Shown here one piece after another: positions 8,348 to 17,008 of a stretch of DNA of 19,681 bases; the stretch's first letter is position 1, and each line of letters opens with the position of its first letter. Made by a program: the position numbers and the translations under genes. This DNA comes from a virus (lineage: Duplodnaviria; Heunggongvirae; Uroviricota; Caudoviricetes): IMG/VR virus record IMGVR_UViG_3300049919_000280, positions 1-19,681 of that record, one strand, 5' to 3'. The notes under the pieces are model-generated. The model had not been told where the DNA came from and did not search any database. It worked only from the letters and a program-made list of their open reading frames with translations.

Positions 8348-8703
8348 TGATGGGAAAGGTTATTCTATCCAAGGAAGAATTCATCGAAGTAATCTCCTCC
8401 TTTGAGGAGGAGAGCGCCATCGCTATTGAGTTGAATAATGTATTGCAGAAACTCACTAGCGAAAATGTGATCTTCTCTCTAGTGTCTGATCGATATTCAA
8501 GCGCAGGATATATCCTACTCCGCGCCGCTCTTGGTGGGGAGGCTAACTTCGATACTGTAACGTGGTGGATGTATGACACCAAATGTCATTCCACTGGAAT
8601 CCGCAAGGCACTTTCATACGACACCATCGATGGAAAAGAGATCGAGTACGACCTCAGCGACATTGGGGCTCTTTACGATTACTTAGTTATGATTAGTGCA
8701 TAA
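8347..8703 (+). CDS. Hypothetical protein
   Basis: 118 aa; the start overlaps the upstream stop. Confidence 0.75.
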   Translation: MMGKVILSKEEFIEVISSFEEESAIAIELNNVLQKLTSENVIFSLVSDRYSSAGYILLRAALGGEANFDTVTWWMYDTKCHSTGIRKALSYDTIDGKEIEYDLSDIGALYDYLVMISA

Positions 8704-9246
8704 ATGTTAGATAACAGAACCCAAGTTGTGTTCGATGTTGAGACCTTGGCCACATCAACCGATGCATGTATCGTGTCGATAGGTGCGGTCAAGTTTTCCT
8801 TATCAAATGGAATCTCAGAGGAATTCGTAATCAACGTCGACGCCAATGATTGTAAACGTCATGGGCTGGTCATTGATCCAAAAACTGTTGCTTGGTGGAT
8901 GGAGCAGCCTGCGGAGACTCGCAGGACTTGGATGCGGAACCCCGTCTCACTAGCTGATGCTTTGGCTGCGTTTAATGATTGGTATGGAGTAAAATCATTA
9001 CCCACATGGGCTAAGGGCGGAAAAAGATTCGACTTTCCTATTATGGAAAATGCATATGATAAAACGGGAATCAAAGCCCCGTGGCATTATCGCGATTGTT
9101 TGGATTATCGAACGATCATAACTGCTCTTGGAATTGATGACCTGAAACTCAAGACTGTCGGATCGACGTACCATTCTGCTTTGGATGATAGCAAGGAGCA
9201 GTGTAAGGTTCTTCTTCCTATTCTTCAGGCGCTGCATCAGGATTAA
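8704..9246 (+). CDS. DEDDh 3'-5' exonuclease (T4 DexA / Rv2179c-like)
   Basis: VFDVETL (ExoI), WAKG..FDFPIM (ExoII) and YHSALDD (ExoIII) motifs. Confidence 0.88.
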   Translation: MLDNRTQVVFDVETLATSTDACIVSIGAVKFSLSNGISEEFVINVDANDCKRHGLVIDPKTVAWWMEQPAETRRTWMRNPVSLADALAAFNDWYGVKSLPTWAKGGKRFDFPIMENAYDKTGIKAPWHYRDCLDYRTIITALGIDDLKLKTVGSTYHSALDDSKEQCKVLLPILQALHQD

Positions 9247-9256
9247 TTTCGTTTGA

Positions 9257-9307
9257 AATCAAGGAGTTACGTGATTAGTTGCGCGACTCCTTTTCTTTTG
9301 TTAAAGT
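9257..9307 (+). promoter_or_regulatory. IHF-consensus site plus sigma70-like promoter, overlapped by a terminator-like hairpin
   Basis: AATCAAGGAGTTA (9257-9269); TTGCGC(9279)-17 nt-TAAAGT. An AAGGAGT/ACTCCTT stem followed by TTCTTTT covers the same bases. Confidence 0.55.
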
Positions 9308-9338
9308 GGATACATCAACTTCACAACGCGATATAAAA

Positions 9339-10067
9339 ATGAACAACCTTTCCGACATTGTAATCAAGTATAACGATAGCCAGAAAACCTACATTGCCTA
9401 CTTCAAGGGTATTGAAATCTGCCGTCGCAAGACACCGCAGTCCCTGAAAGAAAATATCTGCAAGAAACTTGAGATTACAGGGACTCGTGCTCTGATGGTT
9501 CAGGGTATGATTCTCCCGAATATCCCTAAATCTGTTAAGCAGCCAACTTTCCCGAAGATGGATTTGACATTTAAGATAATTGCTAAGGTAGAAGAGGTTC
9601 GCTTGCAATCGCTTAAATTGTGGCCTAATGCTATGACTAGCCAAATCAATGTTGATTTTTTCAACACGACTAAAGTCGCTGGTTGGGCGTTTCCTTCAAG
9701 GAATATGGTTAAGTTCAATACGGTGCTAGCGGAAGAGAATTGGGATCACTTTGATGAAACTATTCGACACGAAATCGCACACCTTATCGCATTCAAGGTT
9801 TATCCTAGACTGAAACAGGCCCATGGCCCAGAATTTCGTTCGGTTTGCCAAGCTTTAGGTGGTAGCGGAAGGACTTTTCACTCGTATGATATCTCATCGG
9901 TTCGTTCTGGTCGGACTTATAATCGATTCGAAGGAAAGTGTGCTTGTATGACGCATGGGGTGACAAAGGCAACCGCAGATAAGATTAAAAAGTATAATCA
10001 GACTACCTGCAGACGTTGTAAGAGCAAGGTCGTTCTTACCGGAAATATGATAACCATTAAGAAATGA
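9339..10067 (+). CDS. SprT-like zinc metalloprotease with an N-terminal extension
   Basis: HEIAH zinc motif, HGPEFRSVCQALGG, and C-terminal CAC...H and CRRC motifs. Confidence 0.88.
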   Translation: MNNLSDIVIKYNDSQKTYIAYFKGIEICRRKTPQSLKENICKKLEITGTRALMVQGMILPNIPKSVKQPTFPKMDLTFKIIAKVEEVRLQSLKLWPNAMTSQINVDFFNTTKVAGWAFPSRNMVKFNTVLAEENWDHFDETIRHEIAHLIAFKVYPRLKQAHGPEFRSVCQALGGSGRTFHSYDISSVRSGRTYNRFEGKCACMTHGVTKATADKIKKYNQTTCRRCKSKVVLTGNMITIKK

Positions 10068-10073
10068 GGCTAT

Positions 10074-10301
10074 ATGTCGATTCAAATTAAGGTCGGACAG
10101 CTTCAAGATATTGAGGCGAGAATAAAACACCTGCAGCAACATGCCGAGACTGCGTGGGCAAGAGGTTATCAGATGGGAGTTGAATCTAATAAGCAAATTG
10201 CATTGCAAGCCACCGCAGCACTTGCTATGGAACGGGAGGCGCATGCTGAAACAAACGCAAGAATGACGGAAGCTCTGATTCAGATGGAGAATTCAAAATG
10301 A
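10074..10301 (+). CDS. Hypothetical coiled-coil protein
   Basis: 75 aa with a GAGG RBS. Confidence 0.7.
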   Translation: MSIQIKVGQLQDIEARIKHLQQHAETAWARGYQMGVESNKQIALQATAALAMEREAHAETNARMTEALIQMENSK

Positions 10302-10570
10302 GTGGTGGAAGTTTTGACTATGCATATTGCAAGGCAGGCCAATTCGCCGACGACCTTGGCCTTCGATTGGATGAGGTTGATAAGGTAGACGAATGGGGAG
10401 AAATGCCAAACAAGGTATGCCCAGAAGCGTATGGAAAGCTTCGTGAAATTGAAAGAATTGTTCGGCAGACTGCAGTCCTCATGAGAGAAGTGGAATGGTT
10501 GTATTCCGGTGATACTTCAGACGAATCTTTCCTGCAGCGAATTGATGAAATAACAGAAAAGTGGTTGTAA
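10298..10570 (+). CDS. Conserved phage hypothetical protein
   Basis: MSGGSFDYAY N-terminus and EW..SGD tail, a pattern seen in many phages; ATGA overlap. Confidence 0.8.
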   Translation: MSGGSFDYAYCKAGQFADDLGLRLDEVDKVDEWGEMPNKVCPEAYGKLREIERIVRQTAVLMREVEWLYSGDTSDESFLQRIDEITEKWL

Positions 10571-10593
10571 GAAGGTGGTTTCCGTAGTATAAT
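10565..10593 (+). promoter_or_regulatory. Sigma70-like promoter
   Basis: TTGTAA-17 nt-TATAAT. Confidence 0.6.
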
Positions 10594-10623
10594 ATAATTT
10601 TAATCAACTCAAAGGATAAATAC

Positions 10624-10824
10624 ATGTCAAGCAAACAAACAAAGGCCGCACCAGAGCATCGCAAACCAGTTCTTCAAATGCCAAAGTATTACAAGCGAAT
10701 CATCGCTTTCATGACTGGCGAAACGAAGAACGCATATAAGAAACTTATTATGCAGGCGCTTCGAGAAGAGAAAGAATCGAAGGAAGCACGCCAGAAGGAA
10801 TCTGCGAAAAAGGCTCGGGAATAA
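10624..10824 (+). CDS. Small basic hypothetical protein
   Basis: 66 aa with an AAGGA RBS. Confidence 0.75.
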   Translation: MSSKQTKAAPEHRKPVLQMPKYYKRIIAFMTGETKNAYKKLIMQALREEKESKEARQKESAKKARE

Positions 10825-10829
10825 TACTC

Positions 10830-10856
10830 GGAGGGGTAATCCCCTCCTATTATTTT
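10830..10856 (+). terminator. Probable intrinsic terminator
   Basis: GGAGGGG-TAAT-CCCCTCC followed by TATTATTTT. Confidence 0.55.
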
Positions 10857-10877
10857 GGTCATAATCGAGGTAGTAAA

Positions 10878-11459
10878 ATGAAAATATCCAGCGTAGTGTT
10901 GGCGGCAGTTTTGTCGCTCGGGATTTTTATGGTTTCCAATCAGGTTAAAAAGGCAGAGCCAGTTATACTTACGCCTGAAATCGTTGCACCAAAAAAAGTT
11001 GAACGTCCATTATCCACGTCACAGAAAAAGAACTTCGCTATCATCACGGACACATATAATGTCAGTGAAGTTCTTGTGAAGGATGTCTTGCATTATGTAG
11101 ATAAACATGCGGATAAGGTATTTCCGCGAAGGGAAGATATTCTAGCGATCATTGGAATCGAATCTAGCTGGAACCCAAAGGCTAGGTCTAATCTCAAGTA
11201 TGATCCTGCCCTCGGACTCACGCAAATACGACCAAAGACATGGTCTTCGCTGATATCTCATCCAGATGAGCTGAACGTAGTAGAAAACCAGATTCGATAT
11301 GCCGCCAAGATATTGAAATATCAGTATCGATTGACAAAAGACAAAGATGCTGCTATCATTGCATATAATGCTGGGTATGGTAATTGGTTGAACGGAAATT
11401 ATGGGTTTGATTACTTACTCAAATTCAAAGAAGAACTTAGTCGATACCAAACTGTTTGA
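10878..11459 (+). CDS. Lytic transglycosylase (SLT domain) with an N-terminal membrane anchor or signal
   Basis: IIGIESSWNPKA (catalytic Glu), ALGLTQI and AIIAYNAG motifs; hydrophobic N-terminus. Confidence 0.9.
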   Translation: MKISSVVLAAVLSLGIFMVSNQVKKAEPVILTPEIVAPKKVERPLSTSQKKNFAIITDTYNVSEVLVKDVLHYVDKHADKVFPRREDILAIIGIESSWNPKARSNLKYDPALGLTQIRPKTWSSLISHPDELNVVENQIRYAAKILKYQYRLTKDKDAAIIAYNAGYGNWLNGNYGFDYLLKFKEELSRYQTV

Positions 11460-11463
11460 GGAT

Positions 11464-11652
11464 ATGATGAGAGACATTACGACAAAAGAATATGCTGATG
11501 CAATACCAAAGTGCTGTGCATATCAGACCGTCGAGGATCATTCTGATGCCCTAGGTCTTTGCTGGGGCTTAGCTTCGGCACTGAAGTCAGGGATAGAAAT
11601 GGATTGTAGTGGATGTGAATTTAATACTCTTGACGAAAAGTATAGGAAATGA
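11464..11652 (+). CDS. Small Cys-rich hypothetical protein
   Basis: GAGGA RBS at 11458-11462 favours the ATG at 11464 or 11467 over the track's 11401; CC...C...CSGC. Confidence 0.65.
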   Translation: MMRDITTKEYADAIPKCCAYQTVEDHSDALGLCWGLASALKSGIEMDCSGCEFNTLDEKYRK

Positions 11653-12359
11653 TTATCCACTCCAAGTTTCACGATTATTACGATACCGCGTTATCTCATG
11701 GTCGTGACGAAACCCTACACTTCACTAGGGCAGCAGAGGAATCCGTTCTCGATCATAAAGACACCTTCTTAGATTTTCTGCCTGACACATTAACCAAATA
11801 TGGCTTTCGTAGGGATAAACTTCGATGCCATTATGGGTATGTTTCTGGCCCGTTTATAAAGCAATTCATCATCGGATTTTGTGGGAAGATATACGCTGGT
11901 GAGGCGATAGCCAACCATTCGCATTACCCAGAGCCGATGCGGGATGAATTCTTCTACTGCGGATACAATTACGACAAGCTTGATGCTAGCCTAAAGGCCG
12001 CAAAATTCAACTGCCGAGATTTTGATAGTCGAGGAACAAATAAACTGGATTCATTCGCAAAGATTGAGACTGTTGACCCCTTCATTGGGTTGAATGTTCC
12101 ATATTTTTCTGTCGTTGCCCATCGGGATAAAATTATATTGACGAAGCTGCCGAAATTGCAGAATTACGGATTCCAGAAGATCGTTGATCCTTACACCGCA
12201 ATGCAGGAGATAAGTATGTTCGTCGGTGGAGTTTTGCCTAGACAAACAAAAGAATTGATTAATATCAGCGATGCGGATCGCATTAATCAATATGGATTTA
12301 ACGAGAACTCGTTTCGCCATCCAGTGAAACTTAGTCAGCTTTATGGGAAGAATAAATGA
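11649..12359 (+). CDS. Conserved phage hypothetical protein
   Basis: MIIHSKFHDYYD N-terminus, IIGFCGKIY, and DPYTAMQEISMF...SD.DRI..YGF...SFR C-terminus; a widespread phage family of unknown function. Confidence 0.8.
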   Translation: MIIHSKFHDYYDTALSHGRDETLHFTRAAEESVLDHKDTFLDFLPDTLTKYGFRRDKLRCHYGYVSGPFIKQFIIGFCGKIYAGEAIANHSHYPEPMRDEFFYCGYNYDKLDASLKAAKFNCRDFDSRGTNKLDSFAKIETVDPFIGLNVPYFSVVAHRDKIILTKLPKLQNYGFQKIVDPYTAMQEISMFVGGVLPRQTKELINISDADRINQYGFNENSFRHPVKLSQLYGKNK

Positions 12360-12847
12360 TCACATTCAAACAATATCTTGAAGAGAAGACCCAGCAAGCC
12401 TTCACAGGAACCAGCGGGTGCTACTGTTCGATGCTACTGTCTCCGGACTCGGTGAAGGCGCTTGAACAATTATGCAAATCGATTTCACTGCCATTCACAG
12501 AAACCGAAGAAATCCATTGCACCGTAATTTACTCGCCTGACGATGTACCAAAATCGATTCCTGTGCCAGCAGACATGCCGATCATCGGGAAAGTTACCGG
12601 ATTTGAATTGTTTGGCCCTGATAAGGACTGCCTTGTTGCCCTTATTGACTCTCCGGAGCTAGCCACATTAAATAAACAATTCATCGAGCAGGGTGCGGTA
12701 TCAACGTACCCAGAATACCGACCACATGTTACAGTAGCCAAAGTTGCAGACGGTAATGTGATACCTGCACATAAACCGTTTAGTCCAATCGTTCTGAAGT
12801 TCGTTTCGATGACAATCGAAGATATCACCAAAAAGGAAACCACATGA
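12356..12847 (+). CDS. acb1: 2H phosphoesterase, T4 gp57B / anti-CBASS Acb1-like
   Basis: Two HxT motifs (IHCTVIYS, YRPHVT). G.Y...S..S..ALE.L, V..DS..L and GA...Y..Y are collinear with the recalled T4 57B sequence. It lies near the tRNA cluster, as in T4. Confidence 0.82.
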   Translation: MITFKQYLEEKTQQAFTGTSGCYCSMLLSPDSVKALEQLCKSISLPFTETEEIHCTVIYSPDDVPKSIPVPADMPIIGKVTGFELFGPDKDCLVALIDSPELATLNKQFIEQGAVSTYPEYRPHVTVAKVADGNVIPAHKPFSPIVLKFVSMTIEDITKKETT

Positions 12848-13110
12848 GCAAAATCGTAATTATGAAACTAACAACAAATGATGAAGTTATCGCCGAAGAG
12901 GTTGGTTGCGACAAGTATGCTAGACCACGAGTTCTACAGGTTATGCAAACAGAGGCTGGTTATCAACCAGCGTTATCCCCATGGCTAATTTCTTCGCCAG
13001 AAGAAACCGTGGAAATCTCAGACAAGTTCGTCGTCACGAAACTCGAAGCATCAATGGATATTGATCGGGCATATCGTCAACAGACCTCACGCATTCAGCT
13101 GATGGGCTAA
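12844..13110 (+). CDS. Conserved T4-like small protein, probable Sm/LSm-like beta-barrel
   Basis: KLTTNDEVIA...P...L.PW......V.I....VV...EA...I...Y pattern. Confidence 0.6.
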   Translation: MSKIVIMKLTTNDEVIAEEVGCDKYARPRVLQVMQTEAGYQPALSPWLISSPEETVEISDKFVVTKLEASMDIDRAYRQQTSRIQLMG

Positions 13111-14039
13111 TGCCAAAAATCCTAGTTATCGACTCCCACAAGTCTGGGAGCGAAAATGATATCGTACAAAATCTACACTGGAAAAATGCCCAGATAATCT
13201 CTGAGCATTTAGGAGCAGATTTTGTATGGTCATATCCGTTCGTAAATAAGCGAGTTAAATCTGGATATGATGTAATTATATTCAACCACTCATCGCCATA
13301 TTCGTTTATGGATATGGCTTGGCTTGAGGAAAATCCATCCGCCAAGATATTTTTCGTCACCAATGAATATAATCTCGGTGAGGATATGATGATGTGGAAA
13401 TATTGCAAAGAGCATAATAAAAAATTCCATGTTATAGCAAACCACCCACAGGCTGCTAGTAAGGTAGTCAAATACTTAACCGAGTCGTGGCACATCGTAA
13501 ATTTGAACTGCCTCATCATAAAAGAAACTCCAAGTGCATTTCCGTTTTTCAGAGATATGGATTCTGCGGTATATTATGGATCGTTTCGGAAGGATCGAGT
13601 TGAGTATATTCGGAAATATGCCGATCAGGTTATAATCAGCACACATCAAAAAAACTTAGAGCGATTTGCCGACGTTGGAATGACAAAGTTCAAGACCATG
13701 GAGCGAGTCGATGTTAATAATGGATTGGGTGTATTCGGGGCATCCTTGTATATCGAGGACAAGAAGACCCACAAGAATTATAACTTCCTCGCAAATCGGT
13801 TTTACGAAGCACTTAACGCGAATATCCCGATGATGTTCGATCTTTCATGTAAATCTACGATGGATAAGAGTGGATATGACATTGAGAACTTCTTGCTTAC
13901 TGGTTCGGTGAAAGACAAGCTAGATGAATACTCTAATAATGCTGACGATATATTATCGCAACTTGCTGATCTTAGAATTCGTGCGGTTAGGGAAAAGAAG
14001 GAAGTTTTGCGAGAGATTTCCCGAATGATAAATACCTAA
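13110..14039 (+). CDS. GT-B glycosyltransferase resembling T4 DNA beta-glucosyltransferase
   Basis: VYYGSFRKDR corresponds to T4 BGT IYGGSFRSGQR. ASLYIEDKKTHKNYNFLANRFYEALNANIPMMFD corresponds to AALIIGDKNYNDNFITLRVWETMASDAVMLID (recalled). Confidence 0.7.
   Translation: MPKILVIDSHKSGSENDIVQNLHWKNAQIISEHLGADFVWSYPFVNKRVKSGYDVIIFNHSSPYSFMDMAWLEENPSAKIFFVTNEYNLGEDMMMWKYCKEHNKKFHVIANHPQAASKVVKYLTESWHIVNLNCLIIKETPSAFPFFRDMDSAVYYGSFRKDRVEYIRKYADQVIISTHQKNLERFADVGMTKFKTMERVDVNNGLGVFGASLYIEDKKTHKNYNFLANRFYEALNANIPMMFDLSCKSTMDKSGYDIENFLLTGSVKDKLDEYSNNADDILSQLADLRIRAVREKKEVLREISRMINT
14028..14034 (+). promoter_or_regulatory. T4-type late promoter core
   Basis: ATAAATA about 35 nt upstream of the 14071 ORF; the same TGATAAATA recurs at 16839. 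Confidence 0.55.
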
Positions 14040-14070
14040 TAGGATTGATTAAACTGACTCTGGAGTTATT

Positions 14071-14418
14071 ATGCCATACTTTTCTGAAGATTTTATTAAT
14101 ACCATCAAAGGCGTGAATTTGATGGAAGCAAATGCTAAACCAAGAAGTTTGGCAGATCATGTTGATACAGCAAACTCATGGGCAATGGGAGGTGGAGAGC
14201 ACAAAGGTGCACTCTTGACTTTCGGCACTCATGGTGGGCAGGTGCATGACGAAGACCACCGCAAACGTTTGCTTGGGGAAATCGGTAAGAATTTGGGCGT
14301 CGTCAATTCAAACAGGCACGTCTCTGAATATAATGGCGAGGCGGAAAAACTCTCTTCCCTTCAAGATTATGTCAAGGGAGCCAAGATTTCTCCAATTAGC
14401 GAATACAAGAAAAAATGA
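14071..14418 (+). CDS. Probable virion internal (head) protein
   Basis: Follows a late promoter; His/Lys/Glu-rich; the short N-terminal segment ends in LME, a gp21-type cleavage motif. Confidence 0.55.
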   Translation: MPYFSEDFINTIKGVNLMEANAKPRSLADHVDTANSWAMGGGEHKGALLTFGTHGGQVHDEDHRKRLLGEIGKNLGVVNSNRHVSEYNGEAEKLSSLQDYVKGAKISPISEYKKK

Positions 14419-14744
14419 ATCTAACAGAAGCCAAGGCAATTGCCGCAGGAATAAAAGAGGAAGTTGTCCATGCGGATTTGCTCATGGCTAACGCAAAGGA
14501 CAGTCACGAGAAATATCAGAAGGCGATTAATGCCCTTGGCGAAAAACACCCCGAGACCAAGAAGCTGAAGACTTCTCATGAAGCACATAGCAAGGCGTTC
14601 CATGACCATGTTGCAAAGGCGACTGAGAACGAAATGAAGGATGCCGAACACAATCGAATGATTCAGACTATCAGTGCTGTTGCTGATGGCGAAGCTAAAA
14701 TAAAACACGGATTCGCTCCGGCGCAGAATAACCAAATCAAATGA
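14415..14744 (+). CDS. Probable virion internal (head) protein
   Basis: MNLTE N-terminus; helical and His/Lys/Ala-rich; ATGA-coupled. Confidence 0.55.
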   Translation: MNLTEAKAIAAGIKEEVVHADLLMANAKDSHEKYQKAINALGEKHPETKKLKTSHEAHSKAFHDHVAKATENEMKDAEHNRMIQTISAVADGEAKIKHGFAPAQNNQIK

Positions 14745-14899
14745 ACTACCGCGAAGCTAAAGACATCGCGGTTTCCGAACTCACAGACCCGATTGACTTC
14801 TTCGGCGCCTCCTTCGGTTTTTGTTTTTCGTCCGACTGCGTTCCGCAACCAGACGTGAATCGACTACAAAATCATTTTACCGCACTTGTTCTTGGATAA
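14741..14899 (+). CDS. Small hypothetical protein (52 aa)
   Basis: ATGA overlap; MNYREAKDIAVSELTDPIDFFG...TALVLG. Confidence 0.55.
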   Translation: MNYREAKDIAVSELTDPIDFFGASFGFCFSSDCVPQPDVNRLQNHFTALVLG

Positions 14900-15021
14900 G
14901 TGAATTTACAAGCAAATTCAGATAGGGATACAACTTTGATGGCTCTTCACCACCTTCCAACATCTCCAGTTCAGATGCCAACCTGCGATTATATGGCTAT
15001 TTGTATTTATCATAATAATTT

Positions 15022-15058
15022 ATCAGCGGAGCTAAAGGCTCCGCTGATTTCTCTCTTT
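15022..15058 (+). terminator. Intrinsic terminator-like hairpin
   Basis: Perfect 11-bp stem ATCAGCGGAGC-TAAAG-GCTCCGCTGAT followed by TTCTCTCTTT. Confidence 0.65.
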
Positions 15059-15076
15059 ACCGAATAAGGAACCACG

Positions 15077-16825
15077 ATGACAACTAAACGCACTTTTAGA
15101 TTCCATATCAATAACTCTTCCCCACGGGAAACTGAAGTTCAAATGGCGCATCTTGACGAATTTGAAAACATTCCTACTGTTGGCGGGAAAAAGGGTGTCG
15201 TATCAGAGGCAATCGAATCTGATTCTGAGCATGCAGGAAGATTAACATTCCATGCTGACGGAAAATCTGCTAGTGGGACTGGTGCTACGTCGCTTAGCGT
15301 ACCTAAGCACATGTGGGAAACCGGTAAGGCCCACGTTGGTATGGATGAACGCAATGCCGCTCGTGCTGAAGTTTATGGTAGTGAGCATCGTGAGCCCCTT
15401 GGTATCGGTGAAGTTGAGCGGAAGCATAAGGATGCACTCAAAGAACACTTTGCGCTACCAAAGAGTGAACAGATTGCTCGCGAAAAGGCTGCAGTAGCAA
15501 AACTAAAGGCTGCTAAGCATCTTGGATCAGATGGCAGAACTACAGCAGACAGCGAAAAGACTGACTCGATCAAACATGAGCATGATGAGAATGGTAAAAA
15601 CTATAACGCATCTGCATGTAAGCATGTTGCTGGTCACGCTGTTTATACTTCTGGTGCTGGAGAAGAGCAAAAACATCATATTCTCAACACCTGCCCCGGC
15701 CAGACTAGCGGATGTGGTGGTGGAGTAGATTCCAGCGGAAAGGCAGACGTTCGTAAAGGCGCATGTTTCGCTCATAATGCCGAAGTACAATACCCCCACG
15801 CTGCTGTAAACAGAGCAGCAAACACTCAGGCGATGCACGACCCTGCTATGACTCACGACTGGCTATTGTCGCACGTCCATAGCGTTAGAAACGATGCAGA
15901 GAAGTCAGACAAAAGTAATCAGCGCCACGTTGTTCGCCCAAACACTCTTGCTGAAAATGATAGATCGACCCGTCATGTCCTAAAGCATCTTAATGCGCAG
16001 AGAAAATCTGAGGGTAAAGATAGCGTTATCTCATATCAATACAGCAAGACGAACGCACTCAATGATCCTGAGAATGATCACCACGTCACATATTCCAACA
16101 CCGGACCAAAGGTTAAAAATGGTGGAACGATTGCCGAAAACGTTGGTAGAGATAAAACACGAGTTAGACAGACAATCACTTCAACTGACTCAAACAATGA
16201 GAAGATTAAGAACGACGAAGGCAAAGAAGTTCCTGCTAAGCACTCATATGTTGTTCATAACCTTAGACGTGGCGGCGAAGAAGAAAGTGAATTTGCTAAG
16301 CATGTTAAGTCTGCTAGGTATTGGGATAGTGGAACGAAGGAAGAGCATCAGACCGAGGCGGAGAAGAGTCTTCCATCAGAGGGGCATTACGACCACGAAG
16401 GTAAGCCAACCGATGCCGAGCATGCCCACACAGGTCATATGAAAGTCAATGGAACGCTGTACAAGTATCATAGACAGCATGTACTTCATGGTCTGAACAG
16501 AGTTGTTAAGGTTAATGGACATGACACCCCATCAGATGCTAGATTCAAAGATGATGCATATCTTCCAAAGGATCGGTATAAATCAAGCAAGGGCGTGCAT
16601 GGTGCTATTGTTGCCACTTCACCTACTCTATCAACCAATCTTGATAAAACTGCGAAGAGTGAGTTTACTCATGATGCAAAGGGTGTTGCAGAAAAGGCCA
16701 AGCATAATGGTGGAGTTTGGGATATCGATCATCCGCATGATCAGGAAGCCGCTAAGGGTAAAGTTTATTCGCAAGCAACTCCTGTGGATATCAGTGGCCT
16801 GAAGAGCAAGAAGAAAAAGGTTTGA
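15077..16825 (+). CDS. Large His/Lys-rich protein with a Gp88-like Cys motif; possibly virion-packaged
   Basis: 582 aa with an AAGGA RBS. TCPGQTSGC...ACFAH...YPHAAVNRAAN resembles the Gp88-family TCPG-x-C...CYA motif (recalled). Confidence 0.55.
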   Translation: MTTKRTFRFHINNSSPRETEVQMAHLDEFENIPTVGGKKGVVSEAIESDSEHAGRLTFHADGKSASGTGATSLSVPKHMWETGKAHVGMDERNAARAEVYGSEHREPLGIGEVERKHKDALKEHFALPKSEQIAREKAAVAKLKAAKHLGSDGRTTADSEKTDSIKHEHDENGKNYNASACKHVAGHAVYTSGAGEEQKHHILNTCPGQTSGCGGGVDSSGKADVRKGACFAHNAEVQYPHAAVNRAANTQAMHDPAMTHDWLLSHVHSVRNDAEKSDKSNQRHVVRPNTLAENDRSTRHVLKHLNAQRKSEGKDSVISYQYSKTNALNDPENDHHVTYSNTGPKVKNGGTIAENVGRDKTRVRQTITSTDSNNEKIKNDEGKEVPAKHSYVVHNLRRGGEEESEFAKHVKSARYWDSGTKEEHQTEAEKSLPSEGHYDHEGKPTDAEHAHTGHMKVNGTLYKYHRQHVLHGLNRVVKVNGHDTPSDARFKDDAYLPKDRYKSSKGVHGAIVATSPTLSTNLDKTAKSEFTHDAKGVAEKAKHNGGVWDIDHPHDQEAAKGKVYSQATPVDISGLKSKKKKV

Positions 16826-16840
16826 CCTGTTTCGAAAATG

Positions 16841-16847
16841 ATAAATA
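16841..16847 (+). promoter_or_regulatory. T4-type late promoter core
   Basis: ATAAATA upstream of the 16871 short ORF. Confidence 0.5.
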
Positions 16848-16870
16848 AGTAATCACAACAAGGAATTTAC

Positions 16871-16981
16871 ATGAACACACTTTTTGGAACAAATGGTAAG
16901 ATTGAAGGCGGATTTGCTATAACGGCAAACCCCACCTATAATCCATCCTACCCAAATAGTGAGAGATTTTCTCTCAGGTAA
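16871..16981 (+). CDS. Short ORF (36 aa), possible leader peptide
   Basis: AAGGA RBS; MNTLFGTNGKIEGGFAITANPTYNPSYPNSERFSLR. Confidence 0.55.
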   Translation: MNTLFGTNGKIEGGFAITANPTYNPSYPNSERFSLR

Positions 16982-17008
16982 AGACTAAGTTTCAGGAATC
17001 CAATTCCG

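Noticed and set aside
265-16802. Numerous minus-strand and alternate-frame ORFs in the track (e.g. 265-492, 1992-2288, 5620-6042, 13034-13519, 15993-16442)
   Set aside because: They overlap well-supported + strand genes that have RBSs and ATGA coupling, and they show no recognisable motifs; treated as shadow ORFs.
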